DNA from: Obrimoposthia wandeli
Taxonomy: Eukaryota
Assembly (NCBI GenBank): GCA_977020255.1
Contig: CDROCS010001101.1
Coordinates: forward strand, 620,001-684,000
DNA: 64,000 nt
Direction: 5' to 3'
Within the stretch, counting starts at the first letter, position 1, and each line of letters starts with the position of its first letter. A program made the position numbers and the translations under genes. Shown piece by piece: positions 48,223 through 58,578 of this stretch. The notes beneath the pieces are model-generated. The model saw only the letters and a list, made by a program, of their open reading frames with translations. It did no database searches and had not been told where the DNA came from.

Positions 48223-49503
48223 TTATTCAGCTGGAATACGCACCCAACCTTCCATCAAAATTCGCGCACTGCGGCTCATACTCGCTTTCGTCACCGTCCA
48301 CTCTCCGTTAACTTGGCTAGCCTGAGCACCAACCCGTAATGTACCTGACGGGTGCCCGAAATTCACCGCATCACGCACGCCTCCGCCAGCAGCTAAATTC
48401 ACTAAGGTGCCAGGGATCGCAGCCGCAGCGCCAATAGCCACAGCAGCAGTGCCCATCATGGCATGATGCAATTTACCCATAGATAAAGCCCGCACCGATA
48501 AATCTATGTCATTGGCGAAAATAGTCTTATCACTTGATGATACATAATCCGCAGACTGCGCGACAAACGCGACCTTAGGTGTATGTTGACGTTGCACAGC
48601 CTCTGAAATATCAGTGATTAAGCCCATTTTAACCGCACCATATGCACGGATCGTTTCAAACATAGCTAATGCTTCAACATCGTTGTTAATCGTTTCTTGC
48701 AACTCAGTACCTGTGTAACCGACATCCTCGGCATTAATAAAAATAGTCGGTATACCGGCGTTAATCATCGTCGCTTTTAATTGTCCACCAGCGATAACTG
48801 ATTCAGGCACAACCAAGTCATCGATCAGATTGCCAGTCGGAAACAGATTATTAGTTGTGGACCTGTTATTAATTGTGGAACCGGTTCCTTTACTCTCTGC
48901 AGGATGCATAAACTCGACAACCACTTCTGCTGCAGGAAATGTCACACCATCTAACTCAAAGTCTCCAGTTTCTTGCACCAAGCCATTCGTCATCGGCACG
49001 TGGGCAATAATGGTTTTGCCGATATTAGCTTGCCAAATACGGACAGTAGCAATACCATTTTCTGGAATGCGGCTCACATCAACCAAACCACTGGTTATCG
49101 CAAAAGAACCCACCGCGGCAGATAAATTGCCACAGTTGCCACTCCAATCTACGAACGGTTTATCAATCGACACCTGACCAAACAGATAATCGACATCATG
49201 ATCGGGTTTATCCGTTGCCGACACGATCACGGTTTTACTGGTACTCGATGTTGCCCCGCCCATACCATCGGTTTGTTTACCATAAGGGTCAGGGCTGCCA
49301 ATAACACGCAGTAATAACGCATCCCGTGCAGGTCCGGCAAATTGCGCAGCCTCGGGTAAGTCCTGCAGGTTAAAGAACACGCCTTTACTGGTGCCCCCAC
49401 GCATATAAGTGGCGGGAATCCTCAGTTGTGGTAAAGGTTGTAATGGGTCGTGTGATAGATCTTGTAATAGATCGTGTGATAAATCGCGTTGTAAATTGTT
49501 CAT
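48223..49503 (-). CDS. prpF: 2-methylaconitate cis-trans isomerase
   Basis: PATYMRGGTSKG, GNCGNLSAAV, HHAMMGT, HPSG, SRSARILMEG; ATG 49503 (GAGGA SD) or 49515. Confidence 0.95.
   Translation of the reverse strand: MNNLQRDLSHDLLQDLSHDPLQPLPQLRIPATYMRGGTSKGVFFNLQDLPEAAQFAGPARDALLLRVIGSPDPYGKQTDGMGGATSSTSKTVIVSATDKPDHDVDYLFGQVSIDKPFVDWSGNCGNLSAAVGSFAITSGLVDVSRIPENGIATVRIWQANIGKTIIAHVPMTNGLVQETGDFELDGVTFPAAEVVVEFMHPAESKGTGSTINNRSTTNNLFPTGNLIDDLVVPESVIAGGQLKATMINAGIPTIFINAEDVGYTGTELQETINNDVEALAMFETIRAYGAVKMGLITDISEAVQRQHTPKVAFVAQSADYVSSSDKTIFANDIDLSVRALSMGKLHHAMMGTAAVAIGAAAAIPGTLVNLAAGGGVRDAVNFGHPSGTLRVGAQASQVNGEWTVTKASMSRSARILMEGWVRIPAE
49438..49492 (-). repeat. 12/24-bp tandem repeat in the prpF 5' end
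   Basis: ttgtaatgggtc-gtgtgatagatc-ttgtaatagatc-gtgtgataaatc, encoding DLSHDLLQDLSHDPLQ. Confidence 0.75.
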
Positions 49504-49511
49504 GCTATTCC

Positions 49512-52142
49512 TCATTCAGCTTCACTCGATTCAAGGAAGTCCTGTGCAAAGCGTTGCAATACACCACCAGCATCATAGATAGAGACTTCTTCGGCGGTAT
49601 CTAAACGACAAATAACAGGCACTTCGACACGCGTACCGTTTTTACTATTTATGATCAACGTTAGTGCGGAGCCAGGCGTTGGCTGACCAATCACATCAAA
49701 GGTTTCACTACCATCAATCGCATAGGTTTGACGGTTTTCACCCGCTTTAAATTCCAGCGGTAACACCCCCATACCAACCAAGTTAGTGCGGTGAATACGC
49801 TCAAACCCTTCAGCCACAATGGCTTCAACACCTGCTAGACGCACACCTTTTGCTGCCCAATCACGAGAAGATCCTTGACCATAATCCGCACCTGCGACAA
49901 TAATCAACGGCTGCTTACGTTCCATATAGGTTTCAATCGCCTCCCACATACGGGTAACAGTACCTTCCGGTTCTATTCGCGCTAATGAACCTTGTTTTAC
50001 TTGGCCGTTTTCTAACACCATTTCATTGTTTAATTTCGGATTAGCAAAAGTCGCACGCTGCGCCGTTAAGTGATCGCCGCGGTGAGTAGCATAGGAATTA
50101 AAATCGACTTCCGGTAAGCCCATCTTATCTAAATAAGCACCCGCCGCACTGTTAAGCATAATGGCATTAGACGGTGATAAATGGTCGGTAGTAATGTTAT
50201 CACCCAATACAGCAAGAGGACGCATGCCCTTAAGTGTACGTTCACCCGCTAAAGCGCCTTCCCAATAAGGAGGTCGGCGAATATAGGTACTCATTTCACG
50301 CCAATCATATAGCGGGTTATTTTTGTCGCCATAATCAACGCTACATTCTATTTCTTTGCCGGCATCAGAATCAACAGCAGAACCAAACATGGGGTTGTAA
50401 ACTTGACGGAATTGTTCAGGTTTAACGCTCGCTTTAAGTACCTCATCAATTTCTTCATCGCTAGGCCAAATGTCTTTCAGAGTAATGGCATCACCGGCTT
50501 GATCAAACCCAAGTGCATCACGTTCAATATCAAAACGAATAGTACCAGCAATAGCATAGGCAACCACTAGCGGCGGCGAGGCAATAAAGGCTTCATTAGC
50601 ATGGGGATGAATACGACCATCAAAGTTACGATTTCCCGACAACACTGCGGTGGCATATAAATCACGATCTAAGATCTCTTGTTGAATAACAGGATCAAGC
50701 GCGCCGCTCATGCCATTACACGAAGTACAGGCAAACGCCACAATACCAAAACCAAGTTGCTCGAGTTCAGGTAATAATGTCGCCTCTTCTAAATAGAGTT
50801 TCACCGCTTTTGAGCCTGGTGCCAGTGATGTTTTAACCCAAGGTTTACGAGTTAATCCTAACTTATTGGCATTACGGGCAATCAAACCTGCGGCGATCAT
50901 GTTGCGTGGATTACTGGTATTAGTACAACTGGTGATCGCAGCGATGATCACGGAACCATCTGGCATCTTACCAAGTTCATTTTCGACTTTACCACTGATA
51001 CCACGTTTGGCTAGTTCAGAGGTGGGCACACGATTATGCGGATTTGATGGGCCTGCGATATTACGGCACACAGTCGATAAATCGAATGTTAATACACGCT
51101 CATACTCAACGTTAGCTAAGTCGTCAGCCCATAAACCTGTTTCTTTGACATACGTTTCCACCAGCTTAACTTGCTCATCTTCGCGGCCAGTTAATTTAAG
51201 GTAATCGATAGTCTGTTCATCAATTGAAAACAATGCTGCTGTTGCGCCATATTCCGGCGTCATATTTGAAATAGTAGCGCGATCGCCTAAGGTCAGATGT
51301 GGCACACCTTCACCATAAAATTCGAGATAACTGGAAACAACTTTCTGTGCACGTAAGAATTCAGTCAATGCCAATACAGTATCTGTTGCCGTCATCCCTG
51401 CTGGTGGTTTACCCGTTAGTTCAACACCAATAATATCTGGTAAGCGCATGTATGACGCGCGTCCTAGCATCACACTTTCAGCTTCTAGACCACCAACACC
51501 AATAGCAATCACGCCCAAGGCATCGACCATCGGCGTATGGCTATCGGTACCGACTAACGTATCAGGAAACGCCACGCCATCCAGAGATTGGATCACCGGT
51601 GACATACGCTCTAAGTTGATTTGATGCAAAATACCGTTACCCGGTGGAATAACATCGATATTCTTAAAGGCTGTTTTAGTCCAATTAATAAAATGAAAAC
51701 GGTCATCGTTACGACGATCTTCAATTGCGCGGTTTTTTGCAAACGCATCAGGATCAAAACCCGCATGTTCAACAGCCAATGAATGATCGACAATCAATTG
51801 CGTTGGCACCACAGGATTGACCTTGGATGGATCTCCACCTTTCGCGGCAATCGCATCACGCAGGCCAGCTAAATCAACTAAGGCGGTTTGGCCTAAAATA
51901 TCATGACAAACTACACGCGCTGGAAACCACGGGAAATCAAGGTCGCGCTTACGTTCAATCAGCTGCTTTAAAGACGCAGTTAACGCGGCAGGTTCACAGC
52001 GGCGTACTAAGTTTTCAGCAAAGACTCTTGATGTATACGGCAAGGTTGCATACGCACCGGCTTGAATATCATCAACGGCTGCACGGGTATCAAAATAATC
52101 CAATTCACTGCCAGGCAGTGCTTTACGATAGTTAGTATTCAT
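49512..52142 (-). CDS. acnD: Fe/S-dependent 2-methylisocitrate dehydratase
   Basis: LPYTSRVFAENLVRRC, RVVCHDILGQTALVDLAG, AAITSCTNTSNPRN, ACTSCNGMSG. Confidence 0.97.
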   Translation of the reverse strand: MNTNYRKALPGSELDYFDTRAAVDDIQAGAYATLPYTSRVFAENLVRRCEPAALTASLKQLIERKRDLDFPWFPARVVCHDILGQTALVDLAGLRDAIAAKGGDPSKVNPVVPTQLIVDHSLAVEHAGFDPDAFAKNRAIEDRRNDDRFHFINWTKTAFKNIDVIPPGNGILHQINLERMSPVIQSLDGVAFPDTLVGTDSHTPMVDALGVIAIGVGGLEAESVMLGRASYMRLPDIIGVELTGKPPAGMTATDTVLALTEFLRAQKVVSSYLEFYGEGVPHLTLGDRATISNMTPEYGATAALFSIDEQTIDYLKLTGREDEQVKLVETYVKETGLWADDLANVEYERVLTFDLSTVCRNIAGPSNPHNRVPTSELAKRGISGKVENELGKMPDGSVIIAAITSCTNTSNPRNMIAAGLIARNANKLGLTRKPWVKTSLAPGSKAVKLYLEEATLLPELEQLGFGIVAFACTSCNGMSGALDPVIQQEILDRDLYATAVLSGNRNFDGRIHPHANEAFIASPPLVVAYAIAGTIRFDIERDALGFDQAGDAITLKDIWPSDEEIDEVLKASVKPEQFRQVYNPMFGSAVDSDAGKEIECSVDYGDKNNPLYDWREMSTYIRRPPYWEGALAGERTLKGMRPLAVLGDNITTDHLSPSNAIMLNSAAGAYLDKMGLPEVDFNSYATHRGDHLTAQRATFANPKLNNEMVLENGQVKQGSLARIEPEGTVTRMWEAIETYMERKQPLIIVAGADYGQGSSRDWAAKGVRLAGVEAIVAEGFERIHRTNLVGMGVLPLEFKAGENRQTYAIDGSETFDVIGQPTPGSALTLIINSKNGTRVEVPVICRLDTAEEVSIYDAGGVLQRFAQDFLESSEAE

Positions 52143-52148
52143 AATCCA

Positions 52149-53276
52149 TTATCTCTCTGAAATCGGTGTTACAACTCTTGGCTCTGCACCAATATAATCT
52201 GCACTCGGGCGAATAATACGGTTATTACTGCGCTGTTCCATCACATGCGCTGCCCAGCCCGTTAAACGAGAACAAACAAAAATAGGGGTAAATAGTTTCG
52301 TTGGAATACCCATGAAATGATAAGCAGAGGCATGAAAGAAATCGGCATTACAGAACAGTTTTTTGCTGTCCCACATAAACTCTTCACAAGCGACTGAAAT
52401 GTCGTATAACGCAGTATCACCATGTTCATGCGCTAGTTTTTCAGACCATTTTTTAATGATGACATTACGCGGGTCTGAAGTGCGATAAATAGCATGACCA
52501 AAGCCCATTATTTTTTCTTTACGCTCAAGCATGCCTGCCATTTGAGTTTTAGCATCCGCAGGTGAAGTAAACTGTTGGATCATATCCATCGCCGCTTCAT
52601 TAGCACCACCGTGTAAAGGTCCACGCAAAGTTCCGATAGCACCCGTAACACAAGAGAACATATCCGATAACGTCGACGCACAAACACGTGCACTAAAGGT
52701 AGATGCATTAAACTCATGCTCGGCATATAAGATCAACGATACATCCATCACGCGACGGTGTTGTGTTGACGGTGTCTCGCCACGCAGTAGCTTAAGGAAA
52801 TGGCCAGCCAATGAATCTTCATCTGTATTACAGTCAATTTCGATACCCTCATGAGAATACCGATACCAGTAACACATGATGGCAGGGAATGCGGCAAGTA
52901 GACGATTAGCCGCTTTATTTTGCTGTGAAAAATCAGCTTCAGGTTCAATGTTACCTAAGAATGAACAACCAGTGCGCATGACATCCATTGGATGTGCGTC
53001 TGCAGGAATGTGCTGTAATACTTCTTTTAACGATTGTGGTAAATCACGTAGGGTATGCAATTGCGCTTTGTAGGTTTCCAGCTGATCAAGTGTCGGCAAT
53101 TCGCCGTTAAATAATAAATACGCAACTTCTTCAAATGTGGCGTTTTCAGCAAGGTCTGCCACGTCATAGCCACAATACGTTAAGCCGCTACCTGACTTAC
53201 CCACTGTACAAAGTGCTGTTTCACCTGCGCTTTGACCACGTAAGCCTGCACCTGATAATTTTTGGTCTGTCATCAT
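52149..53276 (-). CDS. prpC: 2-methylcitrate synthase
   Basis: GAGLRGQSAG, YAEHEFNASTF, LHGGANE, GFGH, CNADF. Confidence 0.97.
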   Translation of the reverse strand: MMTDQKLSGAGLRGQSAGETALCTVGKSGSGLTYCGYDVADLAENATFEEVAYLLFNGELPTLDQLETYKAQLHTLRDLPQSLKEVLQHIPADAHPMDVMRTGCSFLGNIEPEADFSQQNKAANRLLAAFPAIMCYWYRYSHEGIEIDCNTDEDSLAGHFLKLLRGETPSTQHRRVMDVSLILYAEHEFNASTFSARVCASTLSDMFSCVTGAIGTLRGPLHGGANEAAMDMIQQFTSPADAKTQMAGMLERKEKIMGFGHAIYRTSDPRNVIIKKWSEKLAHEHGDTALYDISVACEEFMWDSKKLFCNADFFHASAYHFMGIPTKLFTPIFVCSRLTGWAAHVMEQRSNNRIIRPSADYIGAEPRVVTPISER

Positions 53277-53394
53277 TATTCCCTTAATTAATTTAAACTT
53301 TTAATTTCAAACGAATAGCAACTCTACATACGCCACTGCTTTTGACTGCAATTGGCTCACTCTGCAACATCCTGTTTGCTATGATCCGATTGAT

Positions 53395-53436
53395 GATTTC
53401 TATTTCAATTTCAATTTCAATTTCAATTTCAATTTC
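53395..53436. repeat. Hexanucleotide microsatellite, (AATTTC)x5 plus 2 imperfect units
   Basis: gatttc tatttc (aatttc)5 in the prpB-prpC spacer. Confidence 0.9.
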
Positions 53437-53480
53437 TTTAATAAAGTCTATTTATTCAATATCTGTGTGCGTTCGACTGT

Positions 53481-54401
53481 TTATTTATTCTTGCCTTCCG
53501 AGAACAGCGTATCTAGCTTTTGTTCGTAGTCGTGATAACCAAGATAATCATATAAATCCATACGAGTTTGCATGTTACCTACCACGGCTTTTTGGTCACC
53601 ATCACTGAGCAAGGTTTTATAAACTTGTTCCGCGGCTTTATTCATCGCGCGGAATGCCGACAATGGATAGAGCACCATGGCACAACCCCATTCACCCAGC
53701 TGTTCTTTATTCCATAACTCGGTTTGACCAAACTCAGTAATATTAGCGAGGATTGGCACATCCAATGCTGCAGAAAAGGCACGGTAATGGGCTTCAGTTT
53801 TCACCGCTTCAGCAAAAATACCGTCGGCGCCAGCTGCTACATACGCTTGTGCTCGGGCAATCGCAGATTCTAAACCTTCTTGTGCGAATGAATCAGTACG
53901 CGCCATGATGAAAAAGTCAGGATCCGTGCGCGCATCAACAGCGGCTTTAATGCGATCAACCATCTCTGCAGTCGATACAATTTCTTTATTTGGGCGATGA
54001 CCACAACGTTTCTGTGCCACTTGGTCTTCTAAATGCACAGCTGCAGCACCGGCTTTTTCCATATCGCGGATAGTTTTAGCAATGTTAAAAGCCCCGCCCC
54101 AACCAGTATCGATATCCACCAGCAAAGGTAAACTCGATGCGGCGGTAATGCGCTGTACATCGACAAGCACATCATTCAATGACGTCATGCCCAAGTCAGG
54201 TAAGCCATAAGAAGCATTCGCTACACCACCACCGGATAAATAAATAGCTTGATGACCTAACTGCTCCGCCATCATGGCGCAATACGCGTTGATAGTACCG
54301 ACAACTTGCAGCGGTTTATTATTCGCTAATGCTAAGCGAAATTTAGCGCCTGGCGATAAACGTGGTGAAGATTCGGTCTGAGACGACAATGGTGTAGACA
54401 T
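53481..54401 (-). CDS. prpB: Methylisocitrate lyase
   Basis: [39 protein letters not shown]. Confidence 0.98.
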   Translation of the reverse strand: MSTPLSSQTESSPRLSPGAKFRLALANNKPLQVVGTINAYCAMMAEQLGHQAIYLSGGGVANASYGLPDLGMTSLNDVLVDVQRITAASSLPLLVDIDTGWGGAFNIAKTIRDMEKAGAAAVHLEDQVAQKRCGHRPNKEIVSTAEMVDRIKAAVDARTDPDFFIMARTDSFAQEGLESAIARAQAYVAAGADGIFAEAVKTEAHYRAFSAALDVPILANITEFGQTELWNKEQLGEWGCAMVLYPLSAFRAMNKAAEQVYKTLLSDGDQKAVVGNMQTRMDLYDYLGYHDYEQKLDTLFSEGKNK

Positions 54402-54402
54402 A

Positions 54403-55122
54403 TTATTTCTCTCCTTGAACTGGGGTAGATTCTGCTTCTATTTCTAGTTGACGTGCAATTTTAGTTTCAATGTTTTTACGTGAAGCGGCGATATGACGGC
54501 GCATGAGCATTTCTGCTAATTCACCATCACGATCACTAATCGCTTCAATAATTTGGGCGTGTTCTGAAAAAGCGCGACTTGCCCTTGGGCTATGCATACC
54601 GAACTGGCAGCGGTACATGCGCACTAGGTGATACAGCTGGCCACATATCAACTCAATAAGTTGGCTATTATGGCTACCTAAAATGACTTTATAGTGAAAA
54701 TCTAAGTCGCCTTCTTCTTGATAGTAAGCAACCCCATCTTTAAGCGCTTGCGCCGATGCGTGTTGGCTAAGCATGGCTTTCATGTCGACAATTTCAGCAT
54801 CAGTCATTTTTTCTGCTGCTTGTCTGCATGCCATACCTTCTAACGCTTCTCTTACAAAGTATAGGTCAAGTAATCCTTGGGTTGTACATTGCACTACCCG
54901 TGAACCGACATTGGCTTTACGCTCAATTAAATGACATTTCTCTAGTCTATTTAACGCTTCACGTAATGTTGAACGACTAACTTGATAATGTTTTGCTAAC
55001 TCAGGTTCACTGATCTTACTGCCAGCGAGTATGTCACCATCAACAATGGCACGCTGCATTTGCTCAAAAACTTTATCAGCTGTAGTGACTGCTAGGATTT
55101 TAGTTGGATCATCTAAAGGCAT
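54403..55122 (-). CDS. prpR: GntR/FCD family regulator of the methylcitrate operon (PrpR type)
   Basis: wHTH SEPELA...[13 protein letters not shown] domain; first gene of the prp operon. Confidence 0.85.
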   Translation of the reverse strand: MPLDDPTKILAVTTADKVFEQMQRAIVDGDILAGSKISEPELAKHYQVSRSTLREALNRLEKCHLIERKANVGSRVVQCTTQGLLDLYFVREALEGMACRQAAEKMTDAEIVDMKAMLSQHASAQALKDGVAYYQEEGDLDFHYKVILGSHNSQLIELICGQLYHLVRMYRCQFGMHSPRASRAFSEHAQIIEAISDRDGELAEMLMRRHIAASRKNIETKIARQLEIEAESTPVQGEK

Positions 55123-55125
55123 AGG

Positions 55126-55137
55126 ATTGTCGACAAT
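55126..55137. promoter_or_regulatory. Putative operator of the GntR-type PrpR
   Basis: Perfect palindrome ATTGTCGACAAT 3 bp upstream of the regulator ATG; fits the operator predicted for this regulator family in marine gammaproteobacteria (from memory). Confidence 0.7.
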
Positions 55138-55722
55138 GTTTGAATTTAACTCAATATCGCTTATTTTTTACATTTAGTCAACATACCCATAACTTAAACA
55201 TGTGGTTGATGGCGTGATTAATTGCATTATTAATGGCTTGATTGATGGTAATCATTCGATAATATCAACATCTATTTAACTCTTCATTTATCTATTAAGC
55301 CGCGTTGACCGCCGAAGGTAGAAAGTGGACAGGTATTTAAAGTGTTCTATACTCAGTAACGAAGAGCGTTTTCTACCAACAGACCTTAGAGGTGAAGTAG
55401 ATATAGCAACCGCGTCAGTTTCTGGGCTTGAAACGTGGCCAACGGGAAAGAAGCAGAACCCTGTAATAGCTAATTCTCGACGCGCTTTTCGCATTTAATT
55501 AATGCCTTTGTTATAGGTATTATTTTAATGGCATATTAATTTATTCATAATAATATACTGTAACCATCACTTAGCCCTCTTAATACAACCAATATCCACT
55601 TTTTATACATGGATAACCCCCTCTAAATAGATATTCTGCTGATATTTAGCGCTAAATTTGCTAAACTCACCAACTACAAATAATTATACAAAATAGAACG
55701 GGACTGTTCTAACTGAGGACGA

Positions 55723-57303
55723 ATGAGTATTAATAGGGATAAATACAGTATTGATAATACTGATTACACAGTTGGTCAAGATAACGTACAAAAATGGGGT
55801 TTTGATGTTCACAACCCGGTATTCGGTATCAGCGCATCGCTAATCGGCTTATTTTTGCTGGCAATTTTAGTCGTTGACCCAGAAACATCAAAATCATTTC
55901 TAGATGGTATCAAATGGCAAATCATCAGCACCTTCGATAGCCTCTTCATGTGGTCTGCAAACATCTTTGTTATTTTTTGCCTCGGCTTAATTGTTTCGCC
56001 ATACGGTAAAATCCGTTTAGGCGGCGATGACGCTAAAGCCGATTATAGCCGCATGTCTTGGATTGCAATGCTATTTGCAGCCGGCATGGGTATTGGTCTT
56101 ATGTTCTGGGGTGTTGCAGAACCTGTTGCTTACTTCACAGGTTGGTATGAAACACCGCTTAACGTAGCAGCAAACACACCTGAAGCAGCGCAACTGGCAT
56201 TAGGCGCGACTATGTTCCATTGGGGTTTACACCCATGGGCTATTTATGGTGTCGTTGCACTGTCACTGGCTTTCTTCTCTTATAACAAAGGCCTACCACT
56301 TTCAATGCGTTCTGTATTCTATCCGATATTAGGTGATAGAACGTGGGGTTGGGCTGGTCATATTGTTGATATCCTTGCTGTAATCGCAACTTTATTTGGT
56401 TTAGCAACATCACTTGGCTTAGGCGCACAACAAGCCGCAAGTGGTTTCCACCATGTATTGGGCATTGATAACGATCTATTCTTACAAATTTCGATCATCT
56501 TTATCGTAACGTTATTGGCTGTTGTGTCGGTAATTCGTGGTATTGACGGTGGCGTTAAAGTAATTAGTAACATCAACATGCTACTCGCGTTAGTGTTATT
56601 AGTATTCGTTGCGTTAGTAACGTTTGCTGTATCAATGGGCACAATTCCAACAACTATTATGGGTTATGTTAAAAATATCATCCCATTAAGTAATCCAATT
56701 GGTCGTGAAGACGAAGCTTGGATGCACGGTTGGACTGTATTCTATTGGGCATGGTGGATCTCATGGTCACCATTCGTAGGTATGTTCATCGCGCGTATTT
56801 CACGTGGTCGTACTATTCGTGAATTCATCACGGCGGTATTACTTGTTCCAACAGGTGTGACTGTATTGTGGATGTCTGTATTTGGTGGCGTAGCTATTGA
56901 TCAAGTAGTTAATAACGTCGGTACGTTAGGCACTCAAGGCTTGACTGAAGTACCTTTAGCTATGTTCCAAATGTTTGATGCTTTACCTATGGGTAACGTA
57001 TTATCAATGCTAGCTGTATTGTTAGTATTAGTATTCTTCATCACTTCTTCGGACTCAGGTTCGTTAGTTATCGACAGCATCACTGCTGGTGGTAAAGTTG
57101 ATGCGCCAGTACCACAACGTGTGTTCTGGGCATTCATCGAAGGTGCAATCGCTGCAGCACTTCTTTGGGTTGGCGGTACACAAGCAATTGAAGCCTTGCA
57201 AGCAGGTGCAATTTCAACTGCACTGCCATTCACTGTGATCTTATTGGTTATGTGTGTGAGCTTGATAATGGGTTTAAGAACAGAGCAACATAATCGTAAG
57301 TAA
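55723..57303 (+). CDS. BCCT family (betaine/carnitine/choline) transporter
   Basis: WIAMLFAAGMGIGLMFWGVAEP, HWGLHPWAIY, WTVFYWAWWISWSPFVGMFIARISRGRT, FFITSSDS. Confidence 0.95.
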   Translation: MSINRDKYSIDNTDYTVGQDNVQKWGFDVHNPVFGISASLIGLFLLAILVVDPETSKSFLDGIKWQIISTFDSLFMWSANIFVIFCLGLIVSPYGKIRLGGDDAKADYSRMSWIAMLFAAGMGIGLMFWGVAEPVAYFTGWYETPLNVAANTPEAAQLALGATMFHWGLHPWAIYGVVALSLAFFSYNKGLPLSMRSVFYPILGDRTWGWAGHIVDILAVIATLFGLATSLGLGAQQAASGFHHVLGIDNDLFLQISIIFIVTLLAVVSVIRGIDGGVKVISNINMLLALVLLVFVALVTFAVSMGTIPTTIMGYVKNIIPLSNPIGREDEAWMHGWTVFYWAWWISWSPFVGMFIARISRGRTIREFITAVLLVPTGVTVLWMSVFGGVAIDQVVNNVGTLGTQGLTEVPLAMFQMFDALPMGNVLSMLAVLLVLVFFITSSDSGSLVIDSITAGGKVDAPVPQRVFWAFIEGAIAAALLWVGGTQAIEALQAGAISTALPFTVILLVMCVSLIMGLRTEQHNRK

Positions 57304-57357
57304 TTAACGCATTCGATTTTCGACTGTGAAAATCTAATCGACGATATTGAAGCATGA

Positions 57358-57394
57358 AAAAGGCCACGCGTTACATTAACGCGTGGCCTTTTTA
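57358..57394 (+). terminator. Intrinsic terminator after the BCCT gene
   Basis: aaaaggccacgcgtta-cat-taacgcgtggccttttt. Confidence 0.85.
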
Positions 57395-57531
57395 TTAGTC
57401 TTGAAAAATAAATAACCGAATATATCGCTAATGAATAACGCATAAACCATGAATAAGTTATTGAATCAATTTTATAATCAAAGTAACTGGCTATTGCGCT
57501 TTCAAGAAAACTTGTTACTATTGCCGCCTAT

Positions 57532-57615
57532 ATAGTCGGGGGGCCTAAAGGCTGAGAGCGCAAATTGCGAGACCCGTTGAACCTGATTCAGTTAACACTG
57601 GCGTAGGGAACTATC
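57532..57615 (+). ncRNA. TPP riboswitch
   Basis: GGGG..CUGAGA, ACCCGUUGAACCUGAU, AAC.CUGGCGUAGGGA conserved blocks; P1 auagu/acuau; upstream of thiD. Confidence 0.95.
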
Positions 57616-57699
57616 AGTCTTGCTTCTCCTGATTTGACCTACTCCGTCTCTCAATCCTTAGCTAGATAAAGTTCCTATACGTCTGTACTAGGGATATTT

Positions 57700-58578
57700 A
57701 TGCTAAAGGCTACAACCAACACATCAACACCGCTTTCAGTAAAGCAAAAATCACTTGAAAATAGCCGACCAACACCAATAGTACTAACGATCGCAGGGTC
57801 TGATAGTGGTGGCGGCGCAGGTATTCAAGCTGATATCAAAGCAATCTCTGCAACAGGCAGTTATGCATGTTCTGCAATCACTGCGATAACCGCACAGAAT
57901 ACCCTAGGTGTATCGGCGATATTCCCTATCCCACTGGAACACATCAATAATCAACTCGATGCAGTCTTTAGCGACTTAAACGTCATCGCAGTAAAAGTAG
58001 GCATGCTGGCAGATAGCGATATCATCAAGGTTGTTGCAGCGAAAATTAAACAATATAAGCCGGCATTCTTAGTTGTCGATCCTGTCATGGTAGCCACCAG
58101 CGGCGATTTACTGTTAAAAGAATCAGCCATCAACACCCTCAAATCTGAATTATTACCACTTGCTGACTTGATCACCCCTAACTTACCGGAAGGCGCAGCT
58201 TTAACAGGTTCATCATTACCAACTTGTGAGGATGATATGGGCGCGATGATCAGCGCGTTACGCCAGCTTAACGTCAACGCAGTGCTGCTCAAGGGCGGTC
58301 ATTTAGAACAAGATGAAAACAGTAACGATTTGCTTATATTCCAAGATCATTTCGAGCTATTAACAGCGAAACGAGTTAATACCCACAATACCCACGGCAC
58401 TGGCTGTACATTATCTTCTGCCATCGCCTCTTATTTAGCGCAAGGTCACGACCTACTTCACGCGGTAAAATTGGGTAAACAATACATATCCAACGCGATT
58501 GCCCATGCTGATGAATTAGACATAGGCAGTGGTCATGGTCCTGTGAATCACTTCTTTGCTGGTCACGCTAATGTCTAG
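57700..58578 (+). CDS. thiD: Hydroxymethylpyrimidine/phosphomethylpyrimidine kinase
   Basis: LTIAGSDSGGGAGIQAD, VDPVM, TPNLPE, KGGH, THGTGCTLSSA, PVNH. Confidence 0.96.
   Translation: MLKATTNTSTPLSVKQKSLENSRPTPIVLTIAGSDSGGGAGIQADIKAISATGSYACSAITAITAQNTLGVSAIFPIPLEHINNQLDAVFSDLNVIAVKVGMLADSDIIKVVAAKIKQYKPAFLVVDPVMVATSGDLLLKESAINTLKSELLPLADLITPNLPEGAALTGSSLPTCEDDMGAMISALRQLNVNAVLLKGGHLEQDENSNDLLIFQDHFELLTAKRVNTHNTHGTGCTLSSAIASYLAQGHDLLHAVKLGKQYISNAIAHADELDIGSGHGPVNHFFAGHANV

Noticed and set aside
53342-53608. 88-aa ORF containing ISISISISIS
   Set aside because: Artefact of the (AATTTC)n microsatellite, and antisense to the prpB end.
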